NCBI RefSeq assembly: GCF_964195595.1
Contig: NC_134312.1
Span: forward strand, 201,281,140 to 201,345,139
Length of the DNA stretch: 64,000 nucleotides
Origin: Calonectris borealis
Taxonomy: Eukaryota
Direction of reading: 5' to 3'
The notes under the pieces are model-generated. The model made no database searches. It saw nothing but the letters and a program-made list of their open reading frames with translations, and was not told the DNA's origin. The translations under genes were made by a program, and so were the position numbers. This document shows positions 1 through 12,360 of the stretch, in pieces. Position 1 is the stretch's first letter; each line of letters opens with the position of its first letter.

Positions 1-58
1 CTGTGGTACATTCTAAGTAAACCTAGCCTCTAATGCATTTATTTTTTTGTTTGAAAAG

Positions 59-182
59 CTGAAGGAATTGCAACAACAGAAACAGGAACAGCTAAAGAAA
101 CAACAGATGGAGCAACTTCAAAGGCTAATGGAAGAGCAGCAGAAACTACTTAGCATGGTATCTGGCCAGACACCAGTTCTTG
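59..182 (+). CDS. CENPJ: CENPJ internal coding exon (coiled-coil region), phase 0 in, phase 1 out
   Basis: Acceptor ttgaaaag| and donor |gtaagt. Translates [41 protein letters not shown], matching the recalled human CENPJ segment [37 protein letters not shown]. Confidence 0.75.
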
Positions 183-1000
183 GTAAGTTGAGCAAGAAAG
201 CATATGACGTACTTTGAGTAAACTGAAGAATTTAATCTCATTTTCCAGTTAAAATCTGAAAGTGTATTCAGTGTTCTTAATCTTAAGACTACTTGATTAG
301 CCGAAGATAAATACTGCATTGCTTCAATGCCTGAAAGTTGAGTGCTGCTGTAGAAGGAATACTATCCTGTTTTTAGAAAAGGCCAACTGTAATTGTAACT
401 CGATCAATATGCACTATGATGGGAGCCCTTGTCTCGAAGAACATATTTTAAATATAAAAGTGTAAAACAAACAGTTGCTTTCCTTTCTCATTAGCTGTTT
501 CTCACAATATTTTTGATTGCTTTAAGCTATCACTGTAGCCAAATGAAGTGGTTCCTCCTTGTTTGTGCTCACGCAGCACAAATTTGTTCAGGTGATGAAC
601 TGAACTAGACTAGGGAGCTGATCTGTATTGAAAAGCAAACACTTGTAACCTGTATCAGTTTTCCAGTCTTGTTTCCTGTGTGCAAAGGGAGAGGACAGTG
701 CTGGGCTAGAAAAAGCTTTTAGAGTTGAGCAGGGGTATTTTCTCCTCTTGGCAGTATTAGTCCAACCGGACTTAAATGATTATCTTTCTTTCACTCTGCC
801 TACCTGGGAAAATGAATTTAGGGCCTAGCCTTAGGAGAACAAAATCCAGATTGCCTAATCACTTATTCTTGATCAGTAACATAAGGATGGAGGCTGGGTA
901 ATCAGTCTTGCTGTTCAGTGCCATTTCTTTTCTCCTGTGGAACAGTGGTGGTGTAATACAAATACAATGACACAGCCATTTTTTCTCTTTTAATTTCAAG

Positions 1001-1222
1001 GCTGTACTCTAATGGCTGAAAGTCAAAAATTAAGACCTGGGCATTCAGCAGGCTTAACAACTTTATACCAATTGCCATCATCTGGGTATCAGAGTATCTC
1101 TGAAGACAGAGCTTATGCCTTGATTGTTTCTCCACATACACAAAACAGTAATTTTTTACAAAAGTTTAACAACGAAGAATGCACCTCATCTTTGAAGAAC
1201 AGTCTTTCAGGAGTGTCTGCCT
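1001..1222 (+). CDS. CENPJ: Candidate CENPJ coding exon; donor choice uncertain
   Basis: Acceptor taatttcaag|. In phase with the previous exon it gives GCTLMAESQKLRPGHSAGLTT..., resembling recalled human [27 protein letters not shown]. Only the donor ct|gtgaga at 1223 keeps phase with the next exon. The six-frame track ORF 1012-1287 covers it. Confidence 0.4.
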
Positions 1223-2369
1223 GTGAGAAACAAGTCATTTGTAGAAAGATAACTTCGTGTGTGGTGGGGTTTTTCTTCCCCTTGTAGTTATTGAGCATAA
1301 TTTTCTACTACTTATTGCGAAGATTTTATTCAAGTGTTGGTTTACTTGATTTGTCGGTTGGTTTACTGACAGCTTACAGACCTCGGAGTGTTCCTGTTGA
1401 TGTCCATGTGAGTTTTGTTAAAAGCAGCATAAGGAAAAAATGAAGTTCTTCTGTCTATATGAAATGCTTGTCTGTTTTAGGAAAAAAACACAATATTTAC
1501 TGCTAAAGCTTATATATGATAAGGACTGGGAAAATAGCAAATAACGACAAATATTGGATAGCTAAATTGTTTGAGCTGAACTGTACCCACATTTTCACAT
1601 GGCAAATGGAAAATAACAATCTATCCAGGGATACAGAATGTCTTCAGACCAGCTCTATTGTGAGGATTAATAACTGAACTGGAATTAGGAGTCAAGATGA
1701 GTTGACAGAGATCCCATCATATGACTAAAAATTACTTGTACATCTGAAGCAATGCACTGGAGTTCTTTATCTTTCCTCTTCTTCTCAATTTTACTGTTGG
1801 CACCAGCATGACTACTATGCTGCTAAGACTGGAATAGTGGTTTTGGTTTTAATCTAGCAATTTAATAAGGTTGCTGAAAACCTGTAGAGGTTTTGGGGAA
1901 AAAGTATGAGATTGCATTTCATCATACTTCATACCAGCTTTAAAGCTTTTAATCAGAGGACTTTGTCTAAGAGGATGTGAAAGGATAAATTGATCTTAAT
2001 TTATACATATATACATGGGAAACAAAGCTTGATAAGAGAGCTCTTCAGTACAGCAGAAATCTAAATTTGTTCAGTTATTTTATTTTTAAGCCATAAATTA
2101 ACAATAGCAAAGAAGATGAACAATCAGAATGGGTTATTTAAGGTCTGTGGAAAATTTTTAATACATAATTGGATGTTCCTTTAAACAGAAAGCTCAAATT
2201 CAAATCATAATTAATTTGCGGAAATCTTAGGACTATTTTATGTTGGAATTCAGACTACATTACCATGAAGCTCCCTTCTGGTTTTAATCTGATCTGAATG
2301 CTGCTTAAAGTATGAGCTGAAAACTGATTTGTTGTTGGCAAGGAAAAAAAATTTCTTTTAATTTCATAG

Positions 2370-2514
2370 GAAAAAACATGTGGTGTCCAGAACAAAAGAT
2401 GGAAATATTAACAGAGAGTGAAGATCATCACATTGATCCTTTATGTGTGGAAAGTGCAGATCTCTCTGAAAATTCCAGTGGAGGAAAACGTTTGTGGACT
2501 AATACAGAAGAAAG
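2370..2514 (+). CDS. CENPJ: CENPJ coding exon, phase 1 in, phase 2 out
   Basis: Acceptor atttcatag| and donor aaag|gtaatt. In-phase translation GKNMWCPEQKMEILTESEDHHIDPLCVESADLSENSSGGKRLWTNTEER has no stop. Confidence 0.65.
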
Positions 2515-3111
2515 GTAATTCAGACCATTATTATGCAGTTTTTATCAAATAGGTAACACAAGTTTGGTTGAATTCTGAGTCCTGATTGAAAGAGGGACTC
2601 AGAATTCAACCAAGTTTTATTCTCAATTTGATAGCTTTCTCAACTAAGGATTCCATTTTGCTAGGTATTGTGGAGTCCTGTAGTAAGAGAGGCTCTGGCT
2701 TGAAATTGTTTATGTTGTGAAAGATGCGATGTTGTGTATTGGCTGAAGAGGTGTGTGCAGCCTAGGGTAATGATAATTTAGAAGCACGTTTTAGTATAGG
2801 CTTAGCATATAAGCAGTTATAATTACTGTTCCCAATTTGATTTATTGCAACCTTCTATCCACTGTTATGTGGAGAAAGTAGTAATGTGAAGGTGTGTAAG
2901 GCTGTGACTTTTTAGTTTATTACCAGGAGTTATGTTTGTTTAAACATCTGTATATGGCTAAGAAGTAATAATAGTGTTTGTGGCAGAAGTCTTCTCATGT
3001 ATGGTAAAAGCTTTGTTTATGGAGTTGATAGAATAGAAGTAGTGGTAGGCATTGTTTTAAAGCTCTGCCTTCTCTGCCGGGTCATCACAAAGACAAGAAA
3101 TACTTCCTCCA

Positions 3112-3655
3112 GGCTGTGGTGGGTCGAGCCCAGCCAGCAACTAAGCACCCACCCAGTCGCTTGCTCACTCTGTTCCGCAGAGCAGGATGGGAGAGGGTAT
3201 CAGAGGAGCAAACTCAAGAAAACTTGTGGGTTGAGATAAAAGCAGTTTAATAAGTAAAAGAAAGGGGGGGACCCCAAGTGATGCAAAGGCTGTCACTCTC
3301 CACCTCCCCCAAGCAGACTGATGCCTACTTGGTCTCTGAGCAACAGCTACTTTTGGAAGACCAAGCCCCCAGTTTTTACTGCTGACCATGATGTTATATG
3401 GTATGGAATATCCCTTTGGTCAGTTTGGGTCAGCTGTACTGGCTGTGTCCCCTCTTGCCACCCTCAGCCTACTTGCTGGGGGGCGGGGAGCAGCATGAAA
3501 AACCAAAGAAAGCTTTGATGCTGTGCAGGCACTGTTCAGTAACAGCTAAACCAATGGTGTGTTATCAACACTGTTGTAGTCACAAATCCAAAACACAGCA
3601 CCAGATGGGCTGCTATGAAGAAAGCTCACTCCATCCCAGCCAGACCCAGTACAAG
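3112..3655 (+). mobile_element. LTR-like interspersed repeat, copy 1 (probably an ERV-derived solo LTR or an avian-specific repeat)
   Basis: Shares a recognizable, diverged backbone with copy 2 at 6921-7424: ...gtggt..agcccagccagcaa..ctaagcacc...gggttgagataaaagcagtttaataa...tatggtatggaatatccctttggtcagtttgggtcagctg...cagtaacagctaaaccaatgg...caaaacacagcacc... Confidence 0.5.
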
Positions 3656-4055
3656 GCTTTGAAGTATCAAAGGGGAAGATAAGGAACACAATCTCAGTAG
3701 CATTACTGAGTGGGAAGGTGATACTATAGAAATCGGCAGTATGACTAAAATACAAATGAAAGTTTGGTGGTCTGGGCAGAAGAAAAGGTCATTTTGAAAA
3801 GCAATGAAAGAAGAAACAGCAAAACCTGCAAAGAGTATCTTTTAGATATGCATATTAACTATAGCAGGGATTTGATAAACCATTTCTCAGAAGATAAACA
3901 GCTAGTGTTATAGTGCATTTCTCAGACTAACTTTGACACTTAATGACCAAAGTACATCATAATTTGTCATCTTTTATGTAATTACACTTTAGATCTTTGA
4001 ATAGCAGTGATGTTAAGCACAGTTATAGAAATGTAAGACTTGGGTTGTTGTTGGG

Positions 4056-4096
4056 TTTTTTTTTGTTTTTGTTTGTTTGTTTGTTTGTTTTTTTAA
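4056..4096. repeat. T-rich / (TTTG)n simple repeat directly upstream of CENPJ exon 4107-4212
   Basis: tttttttgtttttgtttgtttgtttgtttgttttttt read directly. It may serve as an extended polypyrimidine tract. Confidence 0.8.
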
Positions 4097-4106
4097 ATTA
4101 CACTAG

Positions 4107-4212
4107 ACCTATTAAAGCTGCGATTCAGGAGAAGAAACAGACATTTGAAGAATTCCTGGAAGAACAGATACAACTAGAAGAGCAGCGTCTGGAGCAAAAC
4201 CAGAAGTTACAG
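4107..4212 (+). CDS. CENPJ: CENPJ coding exon, phase 2 in, phase 0 out
   Basis: Acceptor ttacactag| and donor cag|gttatttt. Translates [36 protein letters not shown]. Confidence 0.75.
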
Positions 4213-4520
4213 GTTATTTTTTTTTTAACTTTATTGTTCTTTATATAATGTGCCAAGATCTGTGCCAAGATGGGATAGGTGCTTTAAAAATGTACAAGGA
4301 GGATTCTAGCATCAAAAGCTAACACTGAATGCAATATTCGCATTTTTAAAATCAAACAGTAATCCCCAAATATTTCACTTGTTTAAGACGTCTTTAGAAA
4401 TCCAGTAGAAATGTACTGTATAAATTCCTACTCACACGTGGGGTTTATTTGAAGAAATCTTCGAACTGTGTAAGGGGCTTTTTAACATTTTGTGGTTTAC
4501 TTTTCCTTATCCCTTTTCAG

Positions 4521-6162
4521 GAGACAAATGGATCGGCCATTCAAAAACCAGTGATCAAACGACCCTTCCTGAAAAGAGGAGAAGGCTTAACAAGATTCGC
4601 TAATGCCAAATCTAAAATTACAAAACTTGGAGAAAACACCTCAAAACTTCAACAAAGGGCTTCAGATGACAGAAATGTTATTAAAGTGGACAGATCACAA
4701 ATACAGAAGAAAACTGTGCCTCCTGGCAAAGAACTGGTTTCTGAGAACCCTTTTGCACCATGTAAAAAATATAACCACCCTGATAAAGCAAAACATTGCC
4801 GTATTCAGAAGAACCTAGTACTTAGGAATCACAATGGAAAAAACATCTCGCCATTAGAAACAAGAATGCAACCAGGAAAAAATCATGATGGACAGATGAG
4901 AGATTCTTTCGCATCAGAAATTAACAACAAAATAGAAAATAAAGAGAACATAGTAGAGTTTGCTAAGTCTAACACTGGCAAAATTGGAAACAAATTACCT
5001 GGCAAAGAAAAGCCTTCTTTGTCTCATGAGCTGCCCAGTGCCTTTTCTAATTCTAAACATCCTACAGGTCACCCTGTGAAGGATCCAGAACTGTCTTTTG
5101 AAGTTTCATTTCAGAATAAGCTGGAAAACTGGGAAAAAGAAAAAGAAAAAGAGAATCTAGAATTAGATGAATTTTTGTTTCTAGAACAAGCCGCAGATGA
5201 AATATCTTTTTCGAGTAATTCCTCATTTGTGCAAAGGATTTTAGATCAAGATCAACAAAATTTAAAAGGCCGTAGAATGTCTTCTACCCCTATCAAGGCA
5301 AAACAGCAGCAAGTAAAGGCGCTAGCTGTTGAACTTACAAATAAGAAAAATAAAAAGGCAGACTGTATGACACAGGGAAATATAAATGATAGAGCAGTTA
5401 TGCATACAGTCTCAAATTCAGGAACAGCTTTTGGAATGAAGGATCCATTGAATAAAACGGACAGTGTAATGCTTTCAGCTTCTTCCATGACAGCAGCTCC
5501 TGCTTTAAAAAGTAATCAATGGGTTATAAATGAAGATAAGGATGAGGGCAATGGTGATAGTACTATGGATTCTGAGCGTGAATTTGAGACCACATTAAAG
5601 CATGAAAATGAAGATGCTAAGACATCCTTTATGAGCCATAGAGAAAGTGATCCAGAATTTTTTTGTTATGGAGGTTCTGTTACAGACATCAGCAAAGAAA
5701 GCAAAAATGGAGATGTTGACCTTGGCTTGTCAGACAAAGATTGCAGTGCACAGTCAAGGCAAAAGATCAGAAAAGCTTCAGACCATCAGAGTAGCATGTC
5801 TTGTATAAGTAGGAGTAAGTTTGAGTTTGATGATGAAAGAACATGGAGTGATCTTGATGAAAATTATGTTAACAGTGATTTACCTGAAAAATATTCTAAA
5901 ATATCTTTACAGACAGACTTTTCCAGTAAGAATGATACAACTGTCCCAGATAAAGCAATAAAGAGAAAAGTTGCCTCAAAGAGGGGAGGTGAAATGTCCA
6001 AAGAGTCTGCAGTGGACAGTGATTCAAATGGACCTCCTGTATCAAACCTGATGATGAAACTGTTTCCTTCACTGAAACCGAAACAGAAGGCAGGCTGTCA
6101 TTCAGAGCGTGAAATCAAATCACATGTGGAACAGGAGCCAGGAGGTGAGAGAACAGCAACTG
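4521..6162 (+). CDS. CENPJ: CENPJ large central exon, about 1.64 kb (547 codons), low-complexity S/K/E-rich region
   Basis: Acceptor cccttttcag| at 4519-4520. It is in frame with track ORF 4449-6176 (575 aa). The donor caactg|gtagga at 6163 is the only one that leaves phase 1 as the next exon requires. CENPJ is known to have one very large middle exon. Confidence 0.85.
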
Positions 6163-6920
6163 GTAGGAAATGTTGAAGATGACATGTATTGCAAGTCTTT
6201 CCTTCTAACGCTTAAGCTGCAACCTGACATTACACCAAAGGGTATAAGTACAGAGTTCTGCTGCAGGGAGTGGCCCTGTTCTCACCTTTCATCTCCTCTC
6301 CTGGTTACATGTCTGCTGTCGGATCTAACAGTTATGCAGCTTGCAGTATGAGTATGATCAGTGAAAACTTCATTTATTTATTTTTTAAATTTTTTTTCCT
6401 GGAGGCTAGTTTTCTGTCAGACCAGCTCATTGAACTAACGTGATCTGGAGCTGCTTGATCACTGTTTCCAAATCAAGGAAAGTGTCAAAGGCATGCCGAA
6501 AATGAAGTGGTACCTCCCTTTCCGGTGACAGTGTGCATTCACACCACAGTAGGGTAATGCTATGCACTGTTAGGTTAGCTTGTTCCTCTTGTAAAATATA
6601 AGGAGGCGGCAGCCCTCACCATATTTTCCAACAGTAGTATAGTATCTAGAGAATTCACGTGGAATATGAGAAACATGGATTCATTTTTCTGCTTTGCCCA
6701 AGTTGATTTCGACCATGTGGTTATAGTGTGGGGGAGTGCCTCTAACATGTCCTGTTGAAGCTGTTCGTTTATGTGAGGTCATTAAAAATGCAGTTGTTCA
6801 GTGAAAACATGATGGCATAGCCTAGCATTTAAATCTCTTCTCTGTAAGGTGTTGAGATCTTGGTTTCAAACTCTGCTCCAGTGAATGTTTAGGATTTTGT
6901 TTAGGTTTTTATGAGAAGTT

Positions 6921-7424
6921 GTCGTGGTTTAACCCCAGCCAGCAAAAAATAAACTCCACGCAGCCGCTCGATCACCCCCCCTCGGTGGGATGGGGGAGAG
7001 AATCGGGAGGGCACAAGTAGGAAAGCTCCCGGGTTGAGATAAAAACAGTTTAATAATTGAAATAAAACTAAGTAGAACAGTAATAATAACAATGAGAATA
7101 ACAACAATAACAGAATACACAAAACACGCAATGCACAAGACAAACGCTCACCGACCGCCGACCGCGTGTCACGGACGGGGGCGAGCCCCCCCACACACCC
7201 GGTTTTTATACTGAGCATGATGTCACATGGTATAGAACACCCCATTGGCCAGCTGGGTCCACCACCCCGGCTGTGCTCCCCCCTCCCGGTGCAAGCATCA
7301 CCCAGCAACAGCCAAAGCATCAATGGGCCATCAACGCTCCTTTCACACCGAACCCAAAACACAGCACCCCCCCCAAGCTACTGGGAAGAAAGTTAACCCT
7401 GTCCCAGCTGGAACCAGGACAGAA
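6921..7424 (+). mobile_element. LTR-like interspersed repeat, copy 2, same family and orientation as copy 1
   Basis: gtcgtggtttaaccccagccagcaaaaaataaactccacgcagccgctcgatcaccc...gggttgagataaaaacagtttaataa...catggtatagaacaccccattggccagctgggtc...cagcaacagccaaagcatcaatgg...caaaacacagcacc. Track ORFs 6901-7362, 7166-7396 and 7245-7472 lie wholly inside it and are rejected as coding. Confidence 0.5.
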
Positions 7425-8122
7425 GTTCATATGAAAGCTGCTACTTCTGCTTATTGTTTTGTGGAGAATTGATTTTGTAGGGTTGTTTAAAGATGCCTGC
7501 TAGATGTTGTTCGCAGGAAGAGGGGCAGGGTTTTTTTACTGAATCTCAGAACATTTAAGGGTAATTGAGGCAACTACCTACACTGCAACATCAGTATTTA
7601 GGCTTTTCTCTTGCATACTCAGAAGCGGAGTATTAAGACCCTGGGAGTGTTAAGTAGTGACTGAACAGGAAACTGGGATGGCAAAAAAGCCCACAGATCC
7701 TATTAGCAGCCTCTGCAATAGGTTTCACGTCAGTGATGGGTGTGAGCAGACTTTGTTGTGAGTAAAACTTGGAAAAACTTACAACCATAAATTTTCCTGT
7801 TTGATGCTTGGCCCTTATACCTTCATTTAATTTCTCAAGCTTGACGTGAAGCCCTTCACATTCCAATTCCTAATATATATTTAGTTCTGCAAAGATGATA
7901 GATATACTCGATATTTAAGGTACTTGAGTAAATAGTGCAGGGTGCTTTAAAATGTCACTTCTGTGTTACTTGAATAGAAGAAATTTTTTGCAATACTACT
8001 ACCTCTAAAATAGTATGACTTGCTTTTTTTAAAATTTTTTTTTTTAACTGGTGTGTGATAATTGTTTACTTCAGCTTTATGGATGCTGCTTAGATAACTT
8101 GCATCTGTCTGTTCTTTGACAG

Positions 8123-8255
8123 GAAACACTGTTCCATCCCAGGTACTGAGAGAGAGACTCACTGAATTGGAAACTGAAATAGAGAGATTCAGAGCTGAAA
8201 ACACAACTCTAACTAAACTCCGTGAAGAAAGAGAGCATGCCTTGGCAAATATCAG
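8123..8255 (+). CDS. CENPJ: CENPJ coding exon (coiled coil), phase 1 in, phase 2 out
   Basis: Acceptor tctttgacag| and donor atcag|gtaatt. Translates [43 protein letters not shown], close to recalled human ...ELEIERFKAEN...LR.ERE.AL. Confidence 0.8.
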
Positions 8256-9107
8256 GTAATTTTTAATTGAAACATTTTGATGCATTCACTTACATAGTAT
8301 ATTACAGACTATCATAATGTCCAGTTACCAACAGATAAATAATTGGTGTGTTTCAGTTACAGTGGAGACATAGGTCAAGAAACTGGTTGTTGCTCTATGT
8401 ATATATTAAACTGTAATTATTACTCACACAGAAATTATAATATTAAGAACTTCTGCTAGTTTAATATGATATCCTTAAAGGCTATACTTTGGAGAATTTG
8501 TATACTTTTGTTCTGAGTGATAACATAGTCCTAAATTGGTCTTGCAAAACTGATCTTCATGCTAACATGATTGATGCTCTTCCTTTGGATTGAATTTTTG
8601 TGTGTAGAAACTGAGAATACTTTCATTTGAACTGGGGGACTTAAAAGCGACATAGAGCGCAGAATAATTATCTCTGGTGACTTAAATGTGGCACACCTAT
8701 TCTACCAAAGTCACTTTTGTTTTGTTTGGAAACAGCATCGTGTTGTTGGCTAATGTTTAATCTGTGACCTCCTACTGTTAGCAGATTCTTCTCCCCAGTG
8801 CTTTTGGGGGAATGGTGTTCTAGTGCTTTGAAGAATGTTGGAAGATTTTAGCCAAAGCTTTGTTAAATTCAGGATAAATTTTGTGACTAGAAGATATAAA
8901 AATAGAAATTGTTGGACTTCAAACACTAGCTGTGTGACAATTCTTACTCCTTAAATAAGTAATACTGTTTATAGGTAAGTCTCCCTGGGGATAACAGATG
9001 CTGGATTGGAATCAGTGACCACAAAATTCAGTGCCTTAATTTTCTTCCTTAAAATCAAGATTTGAAGTAGCTTTGGGCTAAAAAACAACTTTGTTTCATA
9101 ATTATAG

Positions 9108-9273
9108 GAAAGAAATTGCAGACTTTCAACAGCAGAAAGCCCAAGAACTGGCTGAAATAGAAGAATATAAAAAAAAGGAAATGAAAAAACTGCAAAAGGA
9201 GCGTAAAGTTTTTGAAAAATATACCACAGAAGCTAGAGCAATTCCAGATAAAAAAGAACGTGATGAAATTCAG
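9108..9273 (+). CDS. CENPJ: CENPJ coding exon, phase 2 in, phase 0 out
   Basis: Acceptor aattatag| and donor cag|gtataaaa. Translates [56 protein letters not shown], a near-identical match to recalled human CENPJ ([53 protein letters not shown]). Confidence 0.88.
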
Positions 9274-10311
9274 GTATAAAAATATATTATTCTTCTAGTC
9301 CACACAGGAACACTTAAATTCATTTAAAGGCAGTCGAGAACTAGATTCTAACTTAATTGAAAGGTTGCAAGTGATTTCAAGATGGGAACTGTTAGTAGAC
9401 ATGGCCTAATTGAGGAGGGAACTACAGTCTTCACAATGTTGTTTGATGGTTTTAAGGCAAAAATCCCTAATAAACAAATCTTTTTGTCACGTTTCCATAC
9501 TAAAAAACTGCTCATGACTATGGTAGAATGGTCTTCAACTTTGATACAAAATTACTGTAGTTAATATTAAGTTGTAAGTTTTTATTCATGGTAGTGGATC
9601 AAAATGCAAACTAGAACTGTACTTGAGTTTTATTTTGTCTATAACTGTTGTATAGTAAATGTAGTAATCTTTTACAAAGATAATCTTTGTAAAAGATAAT
9701 CTTTTCAAAGTTACATTTTGTTATTACTTGTAGGTCTTTAGGTATCAGAGATGTAAGAAACAAGATCTGTTTGTTCCTTCATTGTCAGGATGTATGGTAC
9801 ATGAGATGTGCAGACAAGTTGTATTAAACATCGCACAGGGATTTCCTTCCTCCTTCCTTAAAGATTTTCCTTACATAACTTCAGCAGATTGAAGCAACAT
9901 TTGCTGAACTGGCTAAGCAGATTCACATGTGTTTTAAGTGATTGTGTTCTCCCTATTTTCCTGTGCCAAGATTTTTGAAGGGTCCTCTCGAGGGTAGCCT
10001 TAAAGATTTCATGTTTTTGCCTCAAGTGTATTTATACTGGCCAATCTATGAAGTGTGAAGGATGCCAAGAGAGCAATAAAGACACTTCCTGTGATTGAAG
10101 TTGAGCTTATAAAGTTGGTAGTCTAAAGTAAATATCTCTTTCAGGAAGAAAACATCTACCTTTCATCCTCTGCCCCATTAAGCTGATCTTACTGTTTTTG
10201 CTACTGTTGTGCTTTTTTGTGTGCTTGTATTTCTATGTCCTGTTTTTTTAGAACATTAACATCTTTTAATATATTAAAATTATTTAATTTATAAACATGC
10301 ATTTTTCTAAG

Positions 10312-10551
10312 GTTTTAAAACAGCAGATTGCAGAGTTACAGGAAGATTTAAAACGAAAAGAGGCAAAATGGTCAACCACCCATCGACGCCTGAAAGATCA
10401 AATAGAAACTTTAGTAAATGAGAATATGGAGCTAAAAGAGGAAGTCAAAATTATGGAGAGGTTTCGTCTAGAAGCCTGGAAGAAAGTAGAAGCTGCTGGA
10501 AGCAAGAGGAAAATAGAAAATTCAGGGATGACTCTAAAAAGAGCAGAATCT
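10312..10551 (+). CDS. CENPJ: CENPJ coding exon, 80 codons, phase 0
   Basis: Acceptor tttctaag| and donor tct|gtaagt. Translates [80 protein letters not shown] (track ORF 10297-10563). Confidence 0.85.
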
Positions 10552-11172
10552 GTAAGTTATTGATCTTGGTGTTTTAAATTCATCTGTGTGAATACTCTTG
10601 AGTTTTGTATCATAAACTCGGAATCCAATAGCTACAACTTAGAGGTTTACTTTTAATTTACTAACCTGGGGACTCCACTAGTGGTGACGGACACAGAATT
10701 TCGTTAATGTCACATTCTCTCCAAATGTGAATGTTCACAATGTGCAGGATCCATTCTGTTGAGGAACTCATCTTAGAAATTGAAAATGAAGCAATTCTAA
10801 GAGAAAAATCATAGATGGGATCTAACCTGTGAACCTCTGCACCTTAAGGGCCAGCCAGGCAAACCAGGCAGTTCACCATTGTCTACAGTAGTTACATTTA
10901 GTTTTGAAACTGTAACTATTATTCTAGATCACTTGCACCAAATTAACATTCTGCAGTTGTTGGTAGCGAGACAGCAGACAAAGGAAGAGTTCCGAAGCAT
11001 AGCTTGGGCTACATCACACAAGCCCTTCTCCCGACTAAATCTCAAAAATGTATAGTTTGTGCAGAAAGCTTCCAGTAAATTTCATGCCACGTGGTGTATA
11101 AATCTTGTTGCCGCTGCACAAACAGTTATGAATAAATGTCATATAAACCACAAATAACTTACTTTCTTTTAG

Positions 11173-11272
11173 TGTCTACCAAAGAGAGGCCCAAAAAGTC
11201 AAACTGCATCTCTGCTTCTTCCAGTACAGAAGTGCAGCAAGATAAATGAGAAAAGTTACTCACAGGCAAAAG
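11173..11272 (+). CDS. CENPJ: CENPJ coding exon, phase 0 in, phase 1 out
   Basis: Acceptor actttcttttag| and donor aaaag|gtataaat. Translates CLPKRGPKSQTASLLLPVQKCSKINEKSYSQAK. Confidence 0.65.
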
Positions 11273-12265
11273 GTATAAATGTTTGTCTAATCAGAAAATT
11301 CTGTTAACTCTTTAAAAGAAAATTAATGTGGATTTTTGCTTTTATTAAAAAGAGTGCATCACCACCTCAAAAGTAGATAGAGAATAGTTGTAATGGACTT
11401 GAGCGTATGGATAAATACCTCCCGGGGTAGGATTCTGGAGAAAGCTGTCATGAGACCGTTCTCAGAGCAAAAATGCTTCTGGTCATGTTTGGCGATCTGA
11501 GGCATACCAGAAGCTGTGTTCTGTAATCCAAAACGGCATTCATCATTGATGTTCTCCAAGTTGCGGATGTTGATTAGATGACTATGTTGATAACATCAGA
11601 ACTGCTGTCTCTCTTCAGAACCTTGTTACCGGTATCTGTAATCATACGGGCAACGCTGTAGCGGGTGTTCCTTGTTCACAGCTATGAGCAGTTAAGAGCT
11701 GTTGGCAGCTATACCCCTTCCTACTGAATAATCACATACAGAAAGTAACTGGAGGGTACTTTTTTGACACCTCTGACAGCTCAAGCAACCATCATGTTAT
11801 CTGTTAGAGCAGCGTGTTCCAGAATTGAAGCCCTTGCTTGTTTTATTTTGGTAATCTTTCTGGCGTGCTAGGAGAGACATGGGAAAAGTCTGCCAATCAG
11901 TTCCTGTTAGAAGGTTACGTTAGTCTTCCTTTATTCATTATAAGGCATAACTAAAAATGTTGTCTAGATCCCTAGGGGGGAAAAAAAATCCTTTCTAAAT
12001 CTACAGAAATGAAATAGGAAGGAAAGTGCAAGTATTATGCCTGTTGCAACGATTCTTCAGTTCTAGCTTCTTGCTGACATGTGAAGCAATGACATACCTC
12101 AGGGAGCTGGCTTATGCTGATTCTTTTCATAAATGTACTGCTTTCAGTTTCTACTGCAGTTAAATGTAGGTGTCTTGTACAACTTAACCTCATATATAAT
12201 TGTAACACTTAAACTGTACTTCAATTTTACTGCCCAAATTAACTTTATTACATGTCTCTGAGTAG

Positions 12266-12360
12266 GAAAGCTTTCTAGAACACCTGCATCAGCACCTGCT
12301 AATGACAGAAGCAACTCTGAGACAATGACGGCACTAGAAGATTCTTCTAGGACTTTTATG
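12266..12360 (+). CDS. CENPJ: Probable CENPJ coding exon (95 nt, phase 1 in, phase 0 out)
   Basis: Acceptor ctctgagtag| and donor ttatg|gtagtaagt. This is the only stop-free segment between neighbouring exons that restores phase. It translates GKLSRTPASAPANDRSNSETMTALEDSSRTFM. Confidence 0.5.

Noticed and set aside
6901-7472. Track ORFs 6901-7362 (153 aa), 6929-7138, 7166-7396 and 7245-7472
   Set aside because: All lie inside the LTR-like repeat copy 2. Their translations are low-complexity (P/S/G/L-rich), overlap on both strands, and have no splice or start context. They are a composition-driven artefact of GC-rich repeat sequence.
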